Assembly: GCA_040830765.1 (NCBI GenBank)
Contig: JBFOMH010000017.1
Coordinates: 313,542 to 377,541, forward strand
DNA length: 64,000 bases
DNA from: Puniceicoccaceae bacterium
Lineage (GTDB): Bacteria > Verrucomicrobiota > Verrucomicrobiia > Opitutales > Oceanipulchritudinaceae
Direction of reading: 5' to 3'
Shown: positions 27,792 through 37,522 of the stretch, piece by piece
How the letters are laid out: each line of letters starts with the position of its first letter
Position numbering within the stretch: position 1 is the stretch's first letter
The notes under the pieces: generated by a model
Seen by the model: the letters and a program-made list of their open reading frames with translations, nothing else
Database searches by the model: none
Told to the model about the DNA's origin: nothing
Made by a program: the position numbers and the translations under genes

Positions 27792-29952
27792 AAGCAGGGA
27801 ACTGGCGGCCATTCGTTGGCTGATGGGGCAATTACTGGTCCTGATCAGTTTGTCGGGGAGTTATTCCCTCGACCTGGGTGCTGACTTTCTCATTACGGCG
27901 GGAATCGGACTGACAGTAATGGCCTGTCTTTTTCCGCGAGTTGCGGAGCGCATACCATCCCTGTTCTGGAACATTTCCCCCTTCATCCTCCTGATCCTGA
28001 TCATCAGTGATTTCGTCCTTGGAGGAGGGGACATCCTGCCGCCACTTTTCCGCATGGTGCTGGTGCTGACGCTTTACCGGACTCTGCAGATCAGGACCCC
28101 GAGGGAGGACTTGCAGCTCCTCCTGCTGGCGCTGTTCCTGCTCATCCTGACGGGTGTACTGAGCCAGGAAATCACCTTTGGCCTGCAAATGTTGCTCTTT
28201 GCCCCATTGGCCATGGGGCAGCTCTTTGTCGTCAACCTCTCAACGGACCAATCCGGCAAGGGCCCGACTCCAAAGCGCGTACCGGTATTTGAGAATTTCA
28301 GTTGGCGGCAACTGTTCCGTCATGTCTGGGAACGGTTTGATCGACGTACCCTGGCCGCCGGGTGCCTGCTTTTCCTCCTGACAACCGGAATGGCCCTTCT
28401 GCTGTTCATTTTGTTGCCCCGTTTTGATCTCGGGGCAGCCCTGCCGTTTCCTCGCCTGCAGACCGGCCAAAGCCTTTCCGGTTTCACGGACAACGTCAGT
28501 TACGGTGACGTGGTCAGCATCCTTGATGATGATTCCATCGCCATGCGGGTTGACGTCCAGGCCGAGCAACCACCAGCCCGTCCCTACTGGCGTATGGTGG
28601 TACTCGATGCCTACCATGCCGGAGGTTTCATGGTCTCACCAGCGGTGGCCCGCGATCGGCGCCAGGTACAAAACTATCGTTTCTCCTTCGAATTACCCTC
28701 GGGAAGAACGCGGTCACCTTCCACATGGACCCTTTACCTTGAGGGAGGCATCAGCGCTTATCTTCCCGCAGGAGACTCCTTCAGCTCACTTCGGTTCCGG
28801 AACCGAACGAGTCTGGAGATCCACGACTTGACCCGGGTCTACAAGACGATCCGGACCAATGCCAATACCTTGTCCTTACGCTATGAGAACATGGGATTCG
28901 AAGGGGTCCTTCCACCGGGTGCCGAAGACTGGCGACTCCCCGGCATGCAACGCCTGATTACGGACACATCGTCCCCGGATTACCTCAGTGATGTCACCTA
29001 TCCGCAAACACTGCTGACCTTTCCGGAAGGCGAGGCGAATGTGCGCATCATGCGCAAGATCCTCCGGGCAACAGGATTTGAACGGGGAATGCCGGTGACA
29101 GAGTTTGCGCAGCGGGTGGCCGCGTATCTTCAGCAGGAGCACGACTATGGACTGCAGAGCACCATCCCGGGAGGGGAAGCAGACCGGTTGCTCCGCTGGG
29201 TCGATTCGGATGGCCCGGGTCATTGTGAACTTTTCGCCGGGGCCTTTGTCCTCATTGCCCGCTACGCCGGATACCCGTCCCGCCTCGTTACGGGTTTTGC
29301 CGGCGGGGACTGGAACGGATTCGAGAACTACTACATGGTCCGGAACCGGCATGCCCATGCCTGGTGCGAAGTCTATGATCCAGAGGCTGGCTGGTTGCGT
29401 ATCGATCCGACGCCCGGCAGTGGATCGGCTGAGGGTTCCGTTGCCTCGGCCCTCTCGGGAGGGCGCCTTTTTGCCGATCGAACCTGGCAAGCCTATCTGG
29501 ACAGTTTGCGCATCCTCTGGTTCCGGCGGGTCATTCAGTTCGACAGTGATGACCAGGCGGAGATGGCGGATGTAGTCAAGGGGGCCGGTGCCCGGGGACT
29601 GGATTGGGTAACCCAGCAATTCAAGTATTGGAGGGAGCGGTTTCGCTCAGATGTGGAAGCCTTCTCCAGCCGGGGTGAAATTTCCGGCCTGCTTAGGGAC
29701 GTGGCCATGCCGCTGGCGATGGTGGTCCTGGTCGTGGTGCTTTTACTGATGCTGCGCCGCCGTTCCCGTCGACTGGGATTCGAACAAATCATGAGAAGGA
29801 AGGCGGGTCGCGTGTTGCAGCAGCGGCAGTTGCGGCAGCTGCCGGTTGACAGGCCTGAGCACCGGGAAGTGCAATTGATTCGCTTTGGTCCGGTTACCGA
29901 GTGGCCGGAGGATCCCGGCAAGCGACTGGCGCAAATTTCCCGCCAGCGATGA
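27778..29952 (+). CDS. DUF3488/transglutaminase-like membrane protein (TgpA-like)
   Basis: Multi-TM N-terminus, PYWR, GHCELFA, HAW, RIDPTP catalytic triad. Confidence 0.88.
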   Translation: MAKLESRELAAIRWLMGQLLVLISLSGSYSLDLGADFLITAGIGLTVMACLFPRVAERIPSLFWNISPFILLILIISDFVLGGGDILPPLFRMVLVLTLYRTLQIRTPREDLQLLLLALFLLILTGVLSQEITFGLQMLLFAPLAMGQLFVVNLSTDQSGKGPTPKRVPVFENFSWRQLFRHVWERFDRRTLAAGCLLFLLTTGMALLLFILLPRFDLGAALPFPRLQTGQSLSGFTDNVSYGDVVSILDDDSIAMRVDVQAEQPPARPYWRMVVLDAYHAGGFMVSPAVARDRRQVQNYRFSFELPSGRTRSPSTWTLYLEGGISAYLPAGDSFSSLRFRNRTSLEIHDLTRVYKTIRTNANTLSLRYENMGFEGVLPPGAEDWRLPGMQRLITDTSSPDYLSDVTYPQTLLTFPEGEANVRIMRKILRATGFERGMPVTEFAQRVAAYLQQEHDYGLQSTIPGGEADRLLRWVDSDGPGHCELFAGAFVLIARYAGYPSRLVTGFAGGDWNGFENYYMVRNRHAHAWCEVYDPEAGWLRIDPTPGSGSAEGSVASALSGGRLFADRTWQAYLDSLRILWFRRVIQFDSDDQAEMADVVKGAGARGLDWVTQQFKYWRERFRSDVEAFSSRGEISGLLRDVAMPLAMVVLVVVLLLMLRRRSRRLGFEQIMRRKAGRVLQQRQLRQLPVDRPEHREVQLIRFGPVTEWPEDPGKRLAQISRQR

Positions 29953-29956
29953 GCTG

Positions 29957-31840
29957 CTAGAAACCCAGGAATTCCTGGAATACCGCCTTGGCAATCGGGG
30001 CGGCTGTTGAACCACCGCCATACTCAATCTCCTGCTCGGGAACCCCTTCGATCATGACCGCGACAGCAATGCGTGGGTTCTCCACCGGGGCATAACCGAC
30101 AAACCAGGCCAGTGTTGTTGGCCGACCATCCTTGCGAACCTGGGCCGTGCCGGTCTTTCCGGCGACCGGCATCCCCGGTTTGCCCGCCAGCCGGGCGGTT
30201 CCCCGCTCCCCGGCCAGTCTCATGCCTTCCTTGATCAAGGCCAGTTGATCCGCATAAAGGCTGATCGGACCTTCAACCTGCGCGGGGCCCTGGTCATGGA
30301 GTAGGGTGGGTTGCAGGAATGTTGTTTGCCGGGCCAGGGATGCGGCGAAGGTAGCCATTTGCATGGGAGTGAGAAGCAGAAAACCCTGTCCTATGGACAT
30401 GTTTGCGGTGTCACCGGCAAACCAGCCCTCGCCGTAAAACCGGCCGGCTTTCCACTCCGGGTCAGGGACCAGCATGCGGCGGGTTTCAGCGGGCAATTCG
30501 ATTCCCGTCGGCTGATCCAGATGAAACCGCCTTGCTTCGTTGGCAATGGACCAGACCCCGGCTTCAGTTCCGGTATTGTAGAAGAATACATTGCAACTGT
30601 CGCGGATGGCCCCAATGAGGTTCTCATCCCCATGGCCGTTAAGGCGGTGACACTTGAAAACCCGTTTGCCCACAAGGTGGTATCCGGGACAGAAGATTTC
30701 CGTTTCTGCGTCGACGACGCCTTCGCGCAGCACGGCCATCGCCGTGATCAGCTTGAATGTCGATCCGGGCGGGTAGAGGCCCTGAATAGCCCGGTTGAGC
30801 CAGGCACCCTTTTCGCGAATTTCCTCATCGACGGCAAAACTGATGTAGGGGGAGAGATCGTTGAGGTCGTAAGCCGGACGACTGGCCAGGGCCAGGACTT
30901 CTCCGGTCTCGATTTCAATGGCCACGAGGGCACCTGTCTTGTCCCGCATCGCCTGTTCGGCAGCCAGTTGAATGTCGATATCAAGGGAAACGGAGAGATC
31001 CTTTCCCTTGCCCGGTTGCTCGTGGAGGACCCGCTCGTATTGGAATCCGCTTGGATCGACAGTCCAGATTTCACCTCCAGTCTGCCCCTGGAGGTGATCA
31101 TTAAAGGCTTTCTCAAGGCCACTGCGGCCAATTTGACCTGAATTCCGGAAGGTCAACAAGGTGTCACCGGGAAGGCTGCCTTCCGGGAATTCGGTACTGT
31201 CTGAGACAAACCCGAGGGTATGGGCCGCGGCCTCGGAATAGGGATACCAACGAGCGGTTCCGGAAATGATTTGGATGGGGGAGTCGACCGGGATCTGCTC
31301 AATCAACTGCGCATAGTCCTCCGGAGAGAGGTCCTTGATAAGCGGGAAGGGAAGCAGGAGCGACTGGGAGAAGTGGCGTTCAATGTCCTTGGATTCAACT
31401 TCCACTTCCTCACCCAGAAGCAGGTTGAGGCGGTTCAGGTACCGCTGGACAACATTCTTCCGGGCGGTGGTATTCATGGTATAGCGGTCCGGATTGAGGC
31501 CCAGATCCCGCTGGCGGCGGACGAGTGTGTAATACTCCTCCCGGAATTCCGCCCGCAGCTCGTTGAGGTAGACGACGGCTGAAAAGAGGGGCCGGTTGCC
31601 CACCAGAACCTTGCCATTGCGGTCGTAGATGATCCCTCTCGGACCTGGCATGAGGATACGCCGGTAATTCTGCCGTTCCGCCGCAGCGGCAAATGCTTCC
31701 CGCTGGATCAACTGGCGGTAGCCCAATCCCGCCAGCAAGGCGATCATGCAGATACCGATGACAAGATAGAGCAGATAAAGCCGCGTATTGACATTTGGGT
31801 CCGGCCGGTCGGAAGACTTCCTGTATACCTTTTGTATCAT
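29957..31840 (-). CDS. mrdA: Penicillin-binding protein 2
   Basis: PGSTFK (SxxK), SCN, KTGTAQ; follows mreBCD. Confidence 0.92.
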   Translation of the reverse strand: MIQKVYRKSSDRPDPNVNTRLYLLYLVIGICMIALLAGLGYRQLIQREAFAAAAERQNYRRILMPGPRGIIYDRNGKVLVGNRPLFSAVVYLNELRAEFREEYYTLVRRQRDLGLNPDRYTMNTTARKNVVQRYLNRLNLLLGEEVEVESKDIERHFSQSLLLPFPLIKDLSPEDYAQLIEQIPVDSPIQIISGTARWYPYSEAAAHTLGFVSDSTEFPEGSLPGDTLLTFRNSGQIGRSGLEKAFNDHLQGQTGGEIWTVDPSGFQYERVLHEQPGKGKDLSVSLDIDIQLAAEQAMRDKTGALVAIEIETGEVLALASRPAYDLNDLSPYISFAVDEEIREKGAWLNRAIQGLYPPGSTFKLITAMAVLREGVVDAETEIFCPGYHLVGKRVFKCHRLNGHGDENLIGAIRDSCNVFFYNTGTEAGVWSIANEARRFHLDQPTGIELPAETRRMLVPDPEWKAGRFYGEGWFAGDTANMSIGQGFLLLTPMQMATFAASLARQTTFLQPTLLHDQGPAQVEGPISLYADQLALIKEGMRLAGERGTARLAGKPGMPVAGKTGTAQVRKDGRPTTLAWFVGYAPVENPRIAVAVMIEGVPEQEIEYGGGSTAAPIAKAVFQEFLGF

Positions 31841-31849
31841 GCCAGGTAA

Positions 31850-32377
31850 CTACATTCTTGAAATTTCAGACTCCAGATCCCAGCCGAGGTTGTAGAGGAA
31901 CTGTTTCTGGAAAAAGCACCACGGCCAGGCAAGGGCGTAGACAATGGCCGCACTGAAGAGCATGTCGATCAGGATGCGCTGCCAGTAATTCCATTGATCC
32001 CATTGCTGGAATCCCAGCAACATGGCCATGGCGAGTACCCAGAATGCCTGGACACCAGCGGCCACCGCACGAACGTGCGTCCGGTTCTGTCGCCGGATCC
32101 GGCGCTGGAAGTTGACGTAGATCAACCAGAGGAGGAGATAACCGGCAACGTAGGTACCGTCCGGTGCCGGGTGAATGGAGTCGGCCAGGAATCCCAGGAT
32201 GGCCGTGTAGACCAGACTCGAAATCCGGTTCAGGTGCAGTCCGAAAAAGAGGATCAGAAGCGCGTCCAGATGCAGGTGAAGGGACCATGCTCCCAGCAGG
32301 AAGTTAATTTCCCCGGCAATAAAATAGAGCAGCAGGTTAAGCAGGAATACCAGTGATATCCGCCCGTTGTCGCTCAT
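31850..32377 (-). CDS. mreD: Rod shape-determining protein MreD-like
   Basis: Polytopic membrane protein with a G..AD motif between mreC and mrdA. Confidence 0.65.
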   Translation of the reverse strand: MSDNGRISLVFLLNLLLYFIAGEINFLLGAWSLHLHLDALLILFFGLHLNRISSLVYTAILGFLADSIHPAPDGTYVAGYLLLWLIYVNFQRRIRRQNRTHVRAVAAGVQAFWVLAMAMLLGFQQWDQWNYWQRILIDMLFSAAIVYALAWPWCFFQKQFLYNLGWDLESEISRM

Positions 32378-33219
32378 TGTGAATTCCCTCCACGCGATTC
32401 CAGCGGAATCAGGACGGCCACTTCCCTCAGGCTTTGAAGGCGGGGATCGAGCATCACTTTGCCGCTCTGGAACAATCCGTCCGGCGAGGCTTCGAGGACG
32501 TAGACCCAGCCCAGGGTCAGGCCGTCAGGGAAGATTCCGCCGAGTCGGGAGGAAGTCAATCTGACGGGATCCTTGAGACTGGTCTCGATATCGGCCGGAA
32601 CAGTGGAAACGGTTCCATAGGCTGGCTGGAGGCCGGGATTGATACCACCCCGGAATTCCACCGGGCGGTTGTCCCCGTCGACATGGGCGGCGGTCCGGAA
32701 GAGGGGACTGCTGATCAGTTCAACTGTCGAGGTGTAGGCACCGACCTTGGAAACGCGCCCGACAACTCCCCCTGAGAATATGACGGCCTGGCCCGGTTCG
32801 ATTCCATAATTGATGCCTTTCCGAATAACCAGGGACTGCCACCATGCCGTCAGGTCACGATGAATGACCCGGGCCACTTCATACCGATATTCAGGAAAGG
32901 ACGGGAGGTCGAAAAACTCCTCAAGGCGGCGGATCTCCGTTTCCAGGTCGTCGGCCTGTTGGTTGCGAAGGGCATAGGCGGCATTGAGGCGGGCCAGGTC
33001 AACCCCGACCTCGATGAGCTCGCTCTTGCTGTGGCTGCGGGTAGTCCAGTAGGAACGGAGATCGCGGATGTAACTGAGGGCGGTCCACGCTGGAGCCTGG
33101 AACTCCTGGAAGACGACGCCTGTCCAGCGCTTGAAGAGACTCGGGGTAAACCACCAGAGCAGGAGGAGAAGAAGGACCAGCAGGAGGGACTTTGCCTGGT
33201 AGGTGAAGTTCCGTGGCAT
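32374..33219 (-). CDS. mreC: Rod shape-determining protein MreC
   Basis: N-terminal TM, coiled coil, GVVGRV, GGIFPDGL. Confidence 0.88.
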   Translation of the reverse strand: MPRNFTYQAKSLLLVLLLLLLWWFTPSLFKRWTGVVFQEFQAPAWTALSYIRDLRSYWTTRSHSKSELIEVGVDLARLNAAYALRNQQADDLETEIRRLEEFFDLPSFPEYRYEVARVIHRDLTAWWQSLVIRKGINYGIEPGQAVIFSGGVVGRVSKVGAYTSTVELISSPLFRTAAHVDGDNRPVEFRGGINPGLQPAYGTVSTVPADIETSLKDPVRLTSSRLGGIFPDGLTLGWVYVLEASPDGLFQSGKVMLDPRLQSLREVAVLIPLESRGGNSQ

Positions 33220-33223
33220 TCCC

Positions 33224-34243
33224 TTAGGCCCGCGTCTTCATGAGCCAGTGCAAGTTCTGCAGGACGACGCCGGTTCCGTTGGCCACCGCTGAGAGGGGAT
33301 CTTCAGCCACGAATACGGGCAATCCGGTAGCATCGCTGAGCAACCGGTCGAGATTGCGGATCATGGCCCCGCCACCGGCGAGGATAAAGCCCCTGTCAAC
33401 GAGGTCTGCGGAAAGTTCAGGCGGGCATCGTTCCAAGGCGTTGCGCACCAGTTCGGTTATGGAATTGATGGTATCGGCCAGGGCCTCACGGATTTCCTGG
33501 GATGAAATATGCAGGGTCTTGGGCAGGCCGGCAACGGAATCACGGCCCTTGACCTCCATCGTCAACTCCTCGTCCAGCGGAGATGCCGAGCCTATGCGCA
33601 TTTTGATTTCCTCGGCACTGCGATCACCGATCATGAGATTGTAGGCGCGCTTCATGTAGTTGACGATAGCAGCGTCCAGTTCATCTCCGCCGACTCGGAT
33701 GGATTTGGAATAAACAACTCCGGAGAGGGAGATAATGGCGACTTCGGTGGTCCCGCCGCCGATGTCGACAATCATGTTGGCGGTCGGTTCATCGATCGGA
33801 AGCCCAACCCCAATGGCGGCTGCTACCGGCTCCTGAAGCAGGCGTACCTCGCGGGCACCGGCATGGATGGCGCTTTCCTTGACCGCCCGCCGCTCCACCT
33901 CGGTAATGCCCGAGGGAACAGCCACCACGACCCGCGGGGGGACAAAGCGCATGGTGTTGTTCACTTTCTGGATGAAGTACCGGAGCATCGCCTCGGTGAT
34001 TTCAAAATCCGCAATGACGCCATCCTTCATGGGGCGGAGCGCACTGATGTTCATGGGGGTTCGACCGAGCATACGCTTGGCCTCGTCACCGACTGCAATT
34101 ACCTCGCGCGTCTCGTTGTTGATGGCAACGACCGAGGGTTCCCGGAGGACGACCCCCTTGTCGCGGGCGTAAACCAGCGTGTTGGCTGTTCCGAGGTCGA
34201 TTCCGATGTCGTTTGAAAAAATTCCGAGTGCCTTGCCGATCAT
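33224..34243 (-). CDS. mreB: Actin-like rod shape protein MreB
   Basis: IDLGTANT, DGVIADF, DIGGGTTE, GGGA; start at ATG 34243. Confidence 0.97.
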   Translation of the reverse strand: MIGKALGIFSNDIGIDLGTANTLVYARDKGVVLREPSVVAINNETREVIAVGDEAKRMLGRTPMNISALRPMKDGVIADFEITEAMLRYFIQKVNNTMRFVPPRVVVAVPSGITEVERRAVKESAIHAGAREVRLLQEPVAAAIGVGLPIDEPTANMIVDIGGGTTEVAIISLSGVVYSKSIRVGGDELDAAIVNYMKRAYNLMIGDRSAEEIKMRIGSASPLDEELTMEVKGRDSVAGLPKTLHISSQEIREALADTINSITELVRNALERCPPELSADLVDRGFILAGGGAMIRNLDRLLSDATGLPVFVAEDPLSAVANGTGVVLQNLHWLMKTRA

Positions 34244-34283
34244 GAAAGAGCTTTCCGTTGTGGCGTGATCTATTTCACTGCAA

Positions 34284-34311
34284 TTTTGACATATTTTAGG
34301 AGATGTCAAAA
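34284..34311. promoter_or_regulatory. Perfect inverted repeat TTTTGACAT-N10-ATGTCAAAA in the divergent mreB/antiporter intergenic region
   Basis: 9-bp arms, each containing TTGACA. Confidence 0.5.
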
Positions 34312-34427
34312 CGGAAAAGGCTTGAAGCAGAGGGAGAAAGAAAAACGCCCGCCGATAATTGGGGACCGGGTGGGGAAAATCTGCAAGTGGATGTTGCCGG
34401 TGGGCAGGATATCCCTACAACAAAAGC

Positions 34428-36827
34428 ATGGTAACGTTAAGCCAGTTTGTGGCCGGGGTCGGGGATGGAATGTTTTTCTTTGCCGCTGGTGATCCCGCTT
34501 CCGTGGACTGGCTGAGTGACTTTGGTCTGGTTATCGCCGCAGCCGGGATTGCGGTGGCGGTCTTCCACCTGCTCCGCTTGCCGGTCATATTTGGATATAT
34601 TCTCGCCGGGGTGTTGATTGGGCCGCATCTCTTCAGCGAGTCACTGGTCAAGGATACCGCCTCGGTCCAGCAGATCAGCGAGCTGGGGATTATTTTCCTC
34701 CTCTTCTTCATTGGGATGGAGTTTGACCTGAAGCGCCTCCAGCGGGTTCTTGGTCCGGCCTTGATCAGCCTTCTGCTGCAGACGATATTCATGCTCTACC
34801 TGGCCCGGATGCTGGCCCCGTTTCTGGGCTGGAATCCCACCAGCACCCTCTTTTTCGGAAGCCTGCTGGCGATCAGTTCCTCGATGGTGACCGTCCGGGT
34901 GTTGCGGGACACGAAACAGATGCAGGCAGCTCCGGCTCAGTTCACCATCGGGATTCTCATTCTTGAGGATGTGTTGGCCGTCATCCTGCTGGTTATCCTT
35001 ACCGGTGTGACCGTTACAAAAACGTTCGACTGGGATGCAGCCTGGCTGGTCACCTTCCTGATGGGGATATTCGTCATCATGGTCTTTGTCATTGGCCGGG
35101 CATTGGTCCCGCGGGTCCTGATGGCGATCTGTGGCGAGGAGACGGACCAGGAAGTGATGACCCTGGTCAGTACGGGCCTTGTCATGGCGGTCAGCCTGCT
35201 GGCTTTGCGCCTGAATTTCAGCCCCGCCCTGGGGGCCTTTGTTGCCGGGACATTGCTTTCCCAGACCCAGGTGGCCCAGACGGTGGAACGGATGAACAGG
35301 AGCCTCCATGATGTCTTTTCCGCCGTTTTCTTCGTTTCCATTGGGATGCAGATAGATCCGGCTCTGCTGTTGGGCAGCTTGCCCTGGATTCTCGCAATTT
35401 CCATTTTTGTTATTTGTGCCAAACTCCTTGCCTGCTGGGCCGGGCTGGTCCTCGCGGGCCAGACGGGACGAACGGCTTTCATGGCCGCCATGCCCAAAGC
35501 CCAGATCGGCGAGTTCAGCTTTATTATCGCCGGCTTGGGCAGTTCCCTTGGCGTGCTGGATGATGAACTGACCCGGATTGCCTTTGGTGTGGCATTGGTG
35601 ACGATACTTTTGACGCCGCCACTGACCAGCAGGGGGGAATCCATCTACCGGTTGTTTTTGAAGCTGGTCCCGCGGGGACTTCTGACCCTCTTCCAGACCT
35701 ACCAGAAGTTCCTTGAAGGATTGCTTGTCGGTCTCGGGAGGAGTGTTGTCCTGAAACTGATACGCCGGCCGGTAATTCAGATTTTCATCTATTTCTTCAT
35801 CATCAACGGTCTGCTGATCACGGCCTCCTTCCTGGCTCCGTGGTATCTCCGCCTGATCAATGATCTTCCCTGGCCCTGGGCCTTGCAGCTGGCCTATTGG
35901 CTGGTCATGGCGATTGTCGTATCGCCTTTCCTCATCGCTGTCCTGCGCAACCTCAATGCGATGTCGTATATCCTCTCGGATGCGCTCTTCAGTGGACCCC
36001 GGAGCAGCAACAAGTACTACCGCAAGCGGTTGCGTCAGATGTTGAGCACAGCCATTCTCGGCATCATTATGATCCCGCTGGTCCTTGTTTTCCTGGTGGT
36101 TGCAGCTCCCTACCTTCCGGATTCGACCCTTGCCGGGATGGCTTTCCTGATTGCCACGGCGGTGGTGTTCCTCGCCCGCAGCCGCCTCATCCACGTCAAC
36201 AGCCAGATGGAGTATCTCTTTATCGAGTCCTTCCGGGCGGAGGTGGAGAACAAGGAGGAGCAACGCCGGGTTGAAATCCTCGACCTTATCCAGCAGCAGG
36301 CACCGTGGCCGGTGGAAATCGTCGATCTGACCCTGCCCCAGCATGCTGCCTGGTCAGGCAAGTTGATCCGGGACCTTGATTTGCGGTCGCGGTTCAAGGT
36401 GAACATCCTCGCACTTGGCCGGCGCTACTCAGTTGTCTATGATCCCTCTCCGGAAGCGGTTGTCTTTTCGGGTGACCGGCTGGTCCTTTCTGGAACACCG
36501 GAGGATATTGAGGCCGTCCGGGAAGCGATGCAGGCCCAGGTCAATCCGGAGGACAGGCCGGCACCGGCACCGGATCAGTTCCGCATGGAGCAAGTGTACC
36601 TGGGACCGCAGAGCGAGCTGGCCGGCCAGACTCTGGCGGGCGGGCGCATCCGGCAGCGGTTTGGCGTGACCGTTATTGGCATTCAACGCGGCGACGAGCG
36701 AATCGGTAATCCCGCTCCGGACTTCCTGCTGGCCGCCGGGGATGTCATCGTCGTCGCTGGATTGCCCTCGAAGATCGAGACCTTCGCCGGATCATGCGGC
36801 GAAAAACCGTTGCCAGTTGAGGCATAA
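34428..36827 (+). CDS. CPA2-family cation:proton antiporter with two C-terminal RCK_C (TrkA-C) domains
   Basis: LLFFIGMEF, ISSS, ILILED, GAFVAG, QIGEFSF; two G..L.....R..F.V.I...I.R repeats; start could be 34471. Confidence 0.88.
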   Translation: MVTLSQFVAGVGDGMFFFAAGDPASVDWLSDFGLVIAAAGIAVAVFHLLRLPVIFGYILAGVLIGPHLFSESLVKDTASVQQISELGIIFLLFFIGMEFDLKRLQRVLGPALISLLLQTIFMLYLARMLAPFLGWNPTSTLFFGSLLAISSSMVTVRVLRDTKQMQAAPAQFTIGILILEDVLAVILLVILTGVTVTKTFDWDAAWLVTFLMGIFVIMVFVIGRALVPRVLMAICGEETDQEVMTLVSTGLVMAVSLLALRLNFSPALGAFVAGTLLSQTQVAQTVERMNRSLHDVFSAVFFVSIGMQIDPALLLGSLPWILAISIFVICAKLLACWAGLVLAGQTGRTAFMAAMPKAQIGEFSFIIAGLGSSLGVLDDELTRIAFGVALVTILLTPPLTSRGESIYRLFLKLVPRGLLTLFQTYQKFLEGLLVGLGRSVVLKLIRRPVIQIFIYFFIINGLLITASFLAPWYLRLINDLPWPWALQLAYWLVMAIVVSPFLIAVLRNLNAMSYILSDALFSGPRSSNKYYRKRLRQMLSTAILGIIMIPLVLVFLVVAAPYLPDSTLAGMAFLIATAVVFLARSRLIHVNSQMEYLFIESFRAEVENKEEQRRVEILDLIQQQAPWPVEIVDLTLPQHAAWSGKLIRDLDLRSRFKVNILALGRRYSVVYDPSPEAVVFSGDRLVLSGTPEDIEAVREAMQAQVNPEDRPAPAPDQFRMEQVYLGPQSELAGQTLAGGRIRQRFGVTVIGIQRGDERIGNPAPDFLLAAGDVIVVAGLPSKIETFAGSCGEKPLPVEA

Positions 36828-36844
36828 CGTGCCAAAATTCAACC

Positions 36845-37504
36845 ATGGTACCACTAACACTAGCCGAACAACTACTGTTACTTGCTCTTGATGATGATAC
36901 CGGGAAATTGCTCCCTTTGCCGGACCGGGCCCTGGACTTTGCCCTGGCAGGAGCTATCGTGGCCGACTTGACGCGGGTCGGCCGCCTTGAGGTGACCCTG
37001 GATGCCGTGAGGATACTTGACTCCAGTCCGGTCGAATCCGTACCGGAGGACCTCGGTCTCCTTGACTTGGGACAGGCCGATGTCAGCAGCTTACGGGGCG
37101 CCTTGTCCCATCTGGCCGGGGATGCCCATGGTCTGCGAAAACGACTGATTGAGCAACTTGTCCGGAAGGGCGTATTGCGGGAGGAAGATCAGGAATTCCT
37201 CTGGGTTTTCCACTTCAGTCGCTATCCACTGGCGGACCCTAGCACCGAGGCAGCGGTGAAGCAGCGGCTGCGCAACAGGATTCGGGATAGTGAAATTCCG
37301 ATATCCGACAGCGATCATGTATTGATAGCCTTGGTACATGCCTGCGAACTGGAGGACTTGCTGCTCTCCAAGGAAGAGCAGGAGCGTTGTCGCGAGCGCA
37401 TCGAGGCGATTACCAACAGTGACCGCATAGGCCATGCAGTCGTCCAGTGCCTGGAGGAAATCCAAAAGGCAATCCTCGAGATCCGCACCTATTCCGGAAT
37501 GTAG
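36845..37504 (+). CDS. GPP34/GOLPH3-family protein
   Basis: LTLAEQLLLLALDD..G, LAGAI.ADL...GR, L...G.L.......LW.F...RYP. Confidence 0.8.
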   Translation: MVPLTLAEQLLLLALDDDTGKLLPLPDRALDFALAGAIVADLTRVGRLEVTLDAVRILDSSPVESVPEDLGLLDLGQADVSSLRGALSHLAGDAHGLRKRLIEQLVRKGVLREEDQEFLWVFHFSRYPLADPSTEAAVKQRLRNRIRDSEIPISDSDHVLIALVHACELEDLLLSKEEQERCRERIEAITNSDRIGHAVVQCLEEIQKAILEIRTYSGM

Positions 37505-37522
37505 TTCCGGAAAAGAGCTTGT

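Noticed and set aside
34641..36344. Long antisense ORFs (567 aa here; also 3060-4466, 2049-2996, 40221-41204, 55365-56294)
   Set aside because: Shadow frames opposite well-supported genes in GC-rich DNA; no recognisable motifs
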